Positions 45,404 through 49,530 of a stretch of DNA of 49,530 nucleotides are shown piece by piece. The DNA is taken from positions 1-49,530 of the forward strand of contig JAIVHP010000017.1 in NCBI GenBank assembly GCA_020201045.1, in the 5' to 3' direction. The notes under the pieces are model-generated. The model was not told the DNA's origin, did no database searches, and saw only the letters and a list, made by a program, of their open reading frames with translations. Each line of letters starts with the position of its first letter. Within the stretch, counting starts at the first letter, position 1. Source of the stretch: Flavobacteriales bacterium (GTDB lineage Bacteria > Bacteroidota > Bacteroidia > Flavobacteriales_D > Cryomorphaceae). Made by a program: the position numbers and the translations under genes.

Positions 45404-47941
45404 ATGGCAGAAGGAGAAAATATAGTTCCTATTAATATTGAAGATGAAATGCGGTCGGCCTACATCGATTATTCGATGTCGGTTATCGTGTCAAGGGCAT
45501 TGCCAGATGTTCGGGACGGATTGAAGCCGGTTCACAGACGTGTTCTTTACGGAATGCTCGACCTCGGTGTTTTATCAAACAGATCTTACAAGAAATCCGC
45601 GAGAATAGTCGGGGAAGTATTGGGTAAGTATCACCCGCACGGCGATTCGTCCGTGTACGATACGATGGTGCGTATGGCGCAGCACTGGTCGCTGCGCTAC
45701 CCACTCGTAGATGGGCAGGGTAACTTTGGTTCGGTAGATGGCGATAGCCCTGCGGCCATGAGGTATACCGAGGCCCGCCTTCGCAAAATTGCTGAAGAGA
45801 TGCTCTCTGACCTCGATAAAGAGACGGTTGATTTTGCCAATAACTTTGACGATTCTCTGCAAGAGCCAACCGTTCTGCCCACGAGAATTCCAAACTTACT
45901 GGTAAATGGAGCCAGCGGAATAGCGGTAGGTATGGCGACGAACATGCCCCCCCACAACCTTACGGAAGTCATTGACGGCACCATCGCCTACATCGAAAAC
46001 CGCGATATCGATATTGCGGGCTTAATGGAACACGTGAAAGCACCTGACTTTCCGACCGGGGCTACCATATACGGCTACGAAGGCGTAAAGCTCGCTTACG
46101 AAACCGGACGCGGACGCGTTGTGCTTCGGGCAAAAAGCAATATAGAAGAAATTCGAAAAGACCGCGAAGCTATTGTCGTAACCGAAATACCTTATCAGGT
46201 AAATAAGGCCGACATGATTAAAAAGACTGCCGACCTGGTTAACGACAAAAAAATTGATGGAATTAGCGACCTCAGAGACGAGTCTGATAGAAATGGAATG
46301 CGAATCGTTTATGAATTAAAGCGAGATGCAATTCCAAACGTGGTTCTAAACAAACTCTATAAGTACACGGCGCTTCAAAATTCCTTTTCAGTAAATAATA
46401 TTGCCCTGGTAAAAGGGCGTCCGGAGATGCTCAATCTCAAGGATATGATTTCGCTTTTCGTAGAGCACCGCCACGATGTTGTGGTGAGACGTACGAAGTA
46501 CGAGCTGCGCAAAGCCGAAGAAAGAGCTCACGTGCTGGAAGGATTGCTGATCGCGCTGGATAACCTCGACGAAGTGATCGCCCTGATCAGAGCGAGCAGC
46601 ACTCCCGAAGAAGCGCGAAACGGACTGATGAGTACGTTCGAGCTTTCGGAAATACAGGCCCGCGCTATTCTGGATATGCGTCTTCAAAAGCTCACCGGAC
46701 TCGAAAGAGACAAGGTGCGCGAAGAGCACAACGAGTTGATGAAACTTATAGAACACCTCAAGAGCATACTCGACTCGGAGGAAATGCGGATGGGAATTAT
46801 AAAAGACGAACTTCTCGAAATACGCGAAAAATATGGCGACGAGCGACGATCGATTATAGAATACTCTGCCAGCGAAATGAGTATTGAAGATTTGATTCCC
46901 GATGAAGATGTGGTGATTACCATTTCTCACCTTGGATATGTGAAGCGCACAGCGCTAATAGAATACAAAACGCAAAGCCGGGGAGGGGTGGGTTCCAAAG
47001 GAAGTACCACGCGAGACGAAGATTTTCTCGAGCATCTTTTTGTAGCTACAAATCACAACTACCTTTTGATCTTCACCGAAAAAGGGAAGTGCTTCTGGAT
47101 GAGAATCTTTGAGATTCCCGAGGGATCTAAAACATCAAAGGGAAGAGCGATTCAAAACCTGATTAACATTGAGCAGGACGATAAGATCATGGCTTATGTA
47201 AAAGTGCAGGATCTTAAAGATGAAGAGTACACCAAGAGCCACAATGTTATTATGGCTACGAAGAATGGTGTTGTAAAAAAGACATCACTCGAAGCATACT
47301 CGCGTCCAAGATCAAATGGTATTAATGCCATTACTATCAAAGAAGGCGATCAATTGCTAGAGGCAAAACTTACCACAGGAACTTCGGAGATCATCCTGGC
47401 TAAGAAAAGTGGAAAGGCCATTCGCTTTAACGAAGAGAATGTACGCGCTGTGGGTAGAACTTCACAAGGTGTGAAAGGAGTTACACTCGAAGGCAAGGAA
47501 GATGAAGTAATTGGGATGGTTTGCATTACCGATCACGACGCCAACGTAATGGTAGTTTCTGAAAAAGGGTACGGCAAGCGAAGTCTGGTAGACGATTACA
47601 GAATTACCAATCGCGGAGGAAAGGGTGTTAAAACACTAAATATTACCGAGAAAACCGGGTATCTGATTGCGATTAAATTGGTAACTGACGCCGACGATTT
47701 GATGATTATCAATAAGAGTGGTATTACCATACGAATGAGCGTTGAAGAGCTTCGCGTTATGGGAAGAGCCACTCAGGGTGTGAGGTTGATCAATCTTAGA
47801 AATGGCGATGAAATTGCCGCTGTCGCAAAAGTTGAAATCTCGGAAGAAGCACTGGCCGAAGATGTAGATATCGATGGCGAAACTGGAAACGCCGACGGAA
47901 TTGATGGCGAAGCTTCTGAAAACAGCGACGCTGAAGAATAG
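45404..47941 (+). CDS. gyrA: DNA gyrase subunit A
   Basis: [27 protein letters not shown], the [14 protein letters not shown], the active-site [10 protein letters not shown], and a C-terminal beta-pinwheel with an acidic tail. Confidence 0.95.
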   Translation: MAEGENIVPINIEDEMRSAYIDYSMSVIVSRALPDVRDGLKPVHRRVLYGMLDLGVLSNRSYKKSARIVGEVLGKYHPHGDSSVYDTMVRMAQHWSLRYPLVDGQGNFGSVDGDSPAAMRYTEARLRKIAEEMLSDLDKETVDFANNFDDSLQEPTVLPTRIPNLLVNGASGIAVGMATNMPPHNLTEVIDGTIAYIENRDIDIAGLMEHVKAPDFPTGATIYGYEGVKLAYETGRGRVVLRAKSNIEEIRKDREAIVVTEIPYQVNKADMIKKTADLVNDKKIDGISDLRDESDRNGMRIVYELKRDAIPNVVLNKLYKYTALQNSFSVNNIALVKGRPEMLNLKDMISLFVEHRHDVVVRRTKYELRKAEERAHVLEGLLIALDNLDEVIALIRASSTPEEARNGLMSTFELSEIQARAILDMRLQKLTGLERDKVREEHNELMKLIEHLKSILDSEEMRMGIIKDELLEIREKYGDERRSIIEYSASEMSIEDLIPDEDVVITISHLGYVKRTALIEYKTQSRGGVGSKGSTTRDEDFLEHLFVATNHNYLLIFTEKGKCFWMRIFEIPEGSKTSKGRAIQNLINIEQDDKIMAYVKVQDLKDEEYTKSHNVIMATKNGVVKKTSLEAYSRPRSNGINAITIKEGDQLLEAKLTTGTSEIILAKKSGKAIRFNEENVRAVGRTSQGVKGVTLEGKEDEVIGMVCITDHDANVMVVSEKGYGKRSLVDDYRITNRGGKGVKTLNITEKTGYLIAIKLVTDADDLMIINKSGITIRMSVEELRVMGRATQGVRLINLRNGDEIAAVAKVEISEEALAEDVDIDGETGNADGIDGEASENSDAEE

Positions 47942-47966
47942 CAGAATTCAAAAGTAGTTCAAAACG

Positions 47967-48001
47967 AAAGGCCATTTTCGAAAAGGAGATGGCCTTTTTT
48001 T
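47967..48001 (+). terminator. intrinsic terminator of gyrA
   Basis: AGGCCAT (47969-47975) pairs with ATGGCCT (47989-47995), followed by a T7 run. Confidence 0.7.
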
Positions 48002-48128
48002 ATCGAGGGGTTTTTTCCACTTGTCCAATAACAACAAAAAAGCACAACCTTTCGATTGTGCCCTTTCTTTTGCTTATCCCGTTATGGTAATTGAAAATTA
48101 GTCGGATTGCCGGAACGATCCAATCGGA

Positions 48129-48329
48129 CTAATTTGCCATTGCGATGGCAATTTTGTTTTTTAGTGTCCTTGAAACTTCGCTGTTTTGAAGAAAATCAAT
48201 TACAGGGTACTGATATTCCTTGCAGCGATTGTTCGTTAAACACTTAATTTCTTTGATGTGTGTCTTATCTTTACTGAGGTAAAGCTCTACTACACTTTTT
48301 TCGTTGTTTTTGATGTCTATTAATGTCAT
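48129..48329 (-). CDS. small hypothetical protein (66 aa), doubtful
   Basis: ORF only. It is K/N-rich. Its last codons are the plus-strand terminator hairpin. Confidence 0.25.
   Translation of the reverse strand: MTLIDIKNNEKSVVELYLSKDKTHIKEIKCLTNNRCKEYQYPVIDFLQNSEVSRTLKNKIAIAMAN
48134..48162 (+). terminator. second plus-strand intrinsic terminator, about 190 nt downstream of gyrA
   Basis: TTGCCAT (48134-48140) pairs with ATGGCAA (48145-48151) around the loop TGCG, followed by TTTTGTTTTTT. It overlaps the 3' end of the minus-strand small ORF. Confidence 0.5.
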
Positions 48330-48460
48330 GGCGCTAAATATTTAGAATAAAAATAGAATGCGAAGCGTCTTGAAGCAATTATATTTAGCGAATATCAAAA
48401 TAAAATGAAATATTTGTAGCTTTTATTAGATGTAGATATAAATATTACACATATATTCTT

Positions 48461-48949
48461 ATGCCGGTAAAAATAGATCAGGTTGATTCTGAAATTATAT
48501 TTAAGCTCATAGACAATGCCCGAAAGCCATTCACAGAAGTGGCAAAGGAATTACTCGTATCTACGGGTACGGTTCATCAACGGGTGAAAAAACTCGAGCG
48601 ATCGGGTGTGATTAGCGGATATTCGCTATCAATCAACTACCGTAAATTTGGCTACACCCTTACGGTGTACGTTGGGATATTCGTGCAAACCGGGCACAGT
48701 GCAATGAAGGTTATCCAGTCGCTCAATGCCGTTCCGGAAATTACGGTTGCCGATTTAGCTGCCGGGACCTACAATATTTTTTGCAAACTCAGGTGCAAAG
48801 ACACCATTCACGCAAAAGATGTGTTGTTCAGAATTCAGGATTTACCAGGGGTGAAGGGCACCGAAACAATGATCATGCTCGAAGAACAGATCAACGACAA
48901 TAAGCGGCTTCTCAAATCTATTATTGAAGACTTAAAGCCTAATATTTAG
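48461..48949 (+). CDS. Lrp/AsnC family transcriptional regulator
   Basis: An N-terminal wHTH (D..I...L..NAR.PF.E.A.EL.VS.GTVH.RVKKLE..GVI.GY) followed by a RAM/AsnC_trans_reg-like C-terminal domain. Confidence 0.85.
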   Translation: MPVKIDQVDSEIIFKLIDNARKPFTEVAKELLVSTGTVHQRVKKLERSGVISGYSLSINYRKFGYTLTVYVGIFVQTGHSAMKVIQSLNAVPEITVADLAAGTYNIFCKLRCKDTIHAKDVLFRIQDLPGVKGTETMIMLEEQINDNKRLLKSIIEDLKPNI

Positions 48950-49530
48950 GAATCGCCGAGCTTCATCTTAAGCTCTTCTACCCGGTTTAGCTCTGTTTGT
49001 AGTTCGCGTTTGAGTTTCGTCTCGTTTTCCCGCGATTTCTGACGATGGGCATCAAATTCATTTTGCAGAGACTCAAATTCTTTTCGCGTTGCAACGGTTA
49101 CTTTATTGGCTTTGTTAAAGCGGAAATAGAGAATCAAAGCTATAATGAGCAGGGCGAAAATAATGATCCAGGTAAACGTCTTGTAAGAACCCTTTGAGAT
49201 AGGGATGCCCAGAAATTCCATATTGTCGATGAGCGACTTTTGCTCGGCCATGCTTTCGTCGCGCTCTGCAACCTGACTCTGAAGCGAAGAGACTTCAGCT
49301 TTCAGCGATTTTACTTCTTCATTCAGGCTGTTTATCTCGTTGTTGTTTTTCTTCAGGGTGTCGGCCACCGAAGTCCAAAACTCATCGAGCGATACTTTTT
49401 TTACCACCTTATAATCCTGGTAGTTGTTGCTTGATTTCTTGAGTTCGTTGAATTGATCGTCTAGCGAATTGCTGTCGTTGGAGTCTTCTTCTTGTGAAAA
49501 TACAGCAGTAGTAAACAAACACAGAAGAAG
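48946..49530 (-). CDS. coiled-coil protein with one TM helix, 5' end off the right edge
   Basis: The frame is open to the window edge (..LLLCLFTTAVFSQEE looks like the end of a signal peptide). It has coiled-coil segments and the TM helix WIIIFALLIIALILYF. Confidence 0.5.
   Translation of the reverse strand, partial: LLLCLFTTAVFSQEEDSNDSNSLDDQFNELKKSSNNYQDYKVVKKVSLDEFWTSVADTLKKNNNEINSLNEEVKSLKAEVSSLQSQVAERDESMAEQKSLIDNMEFLGIPISKGSYKTFTWIIIFALLIIALILYFRFNKANKVTVATRKEFESLQNEFDAHRQKSRENETKLKRELQTELNRVEELKMKLGDS

Overview
This looks like a chromosomal segment of a Bacteroidota (Flavobacteriia-like) genome. Supporting evidence: several secreted proteins carry T9SS type A or type B C-terminal sorting domains, there is a PorP/SprF gene, an ECF-sigma/DUF4252 cluster, and TTG-N19-TAnnTTTG style promoters. 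I support about 45 protein-coding genes. Most are housekeeping or envelope genes: gyrA, clpC, prfC, smpB, Fe/Mn sod, pyrD, msrB, gmhB, an HMG-CoA lyase-like gene, an ABC exporter, a penicillin/AHL acylase, an OlsF-like acyltransferase and a 1509-aa TPR/coiled-coil protein. By eye I found no rRNA, tRNA, CRISPR array, cas gene, transposase, integrase, reverse transcriptase or recognisable defence-system enzyme.

Two things stand out.

(1) The stretch of about 21.6-23.25 kb is gene-poor. It holds a decayed RHS-like motif, a DUF433 gene whose expected partner appears truncated, and about 0.9 kb of nested noncoding repeats. The repeats comprise two direct copies of a composite 69+88-nt unit, a 19+13-bp long-range inverted repeat, a degenerate heptamer tract, and REP-like CAGCCTGCCT...AGGCAGG hairpins, ending in a plus-strand intrinsic terminator. 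This is my best candidate for something undescribed (a structured ncRNA, an inverton, or a MITE/REP locus), but no function can be assigned from sequence alone.

(2) At least five otherwise conserved genes carry internal deletions or frameshifts: sod lacks a metal-ligand segment, prfC lacks about 36 aa, a choice-of-anchor-L/T9SS adhesin and a metallophosphoesterase are both deleted and frameshifted, and the acylase lacks a start codon. This points either to real microhomology-mediated gene decay or to assembly error.

Family comparisons are from memory of the families, not from database searches. Coordinates include stop codons, as in the ORF track.
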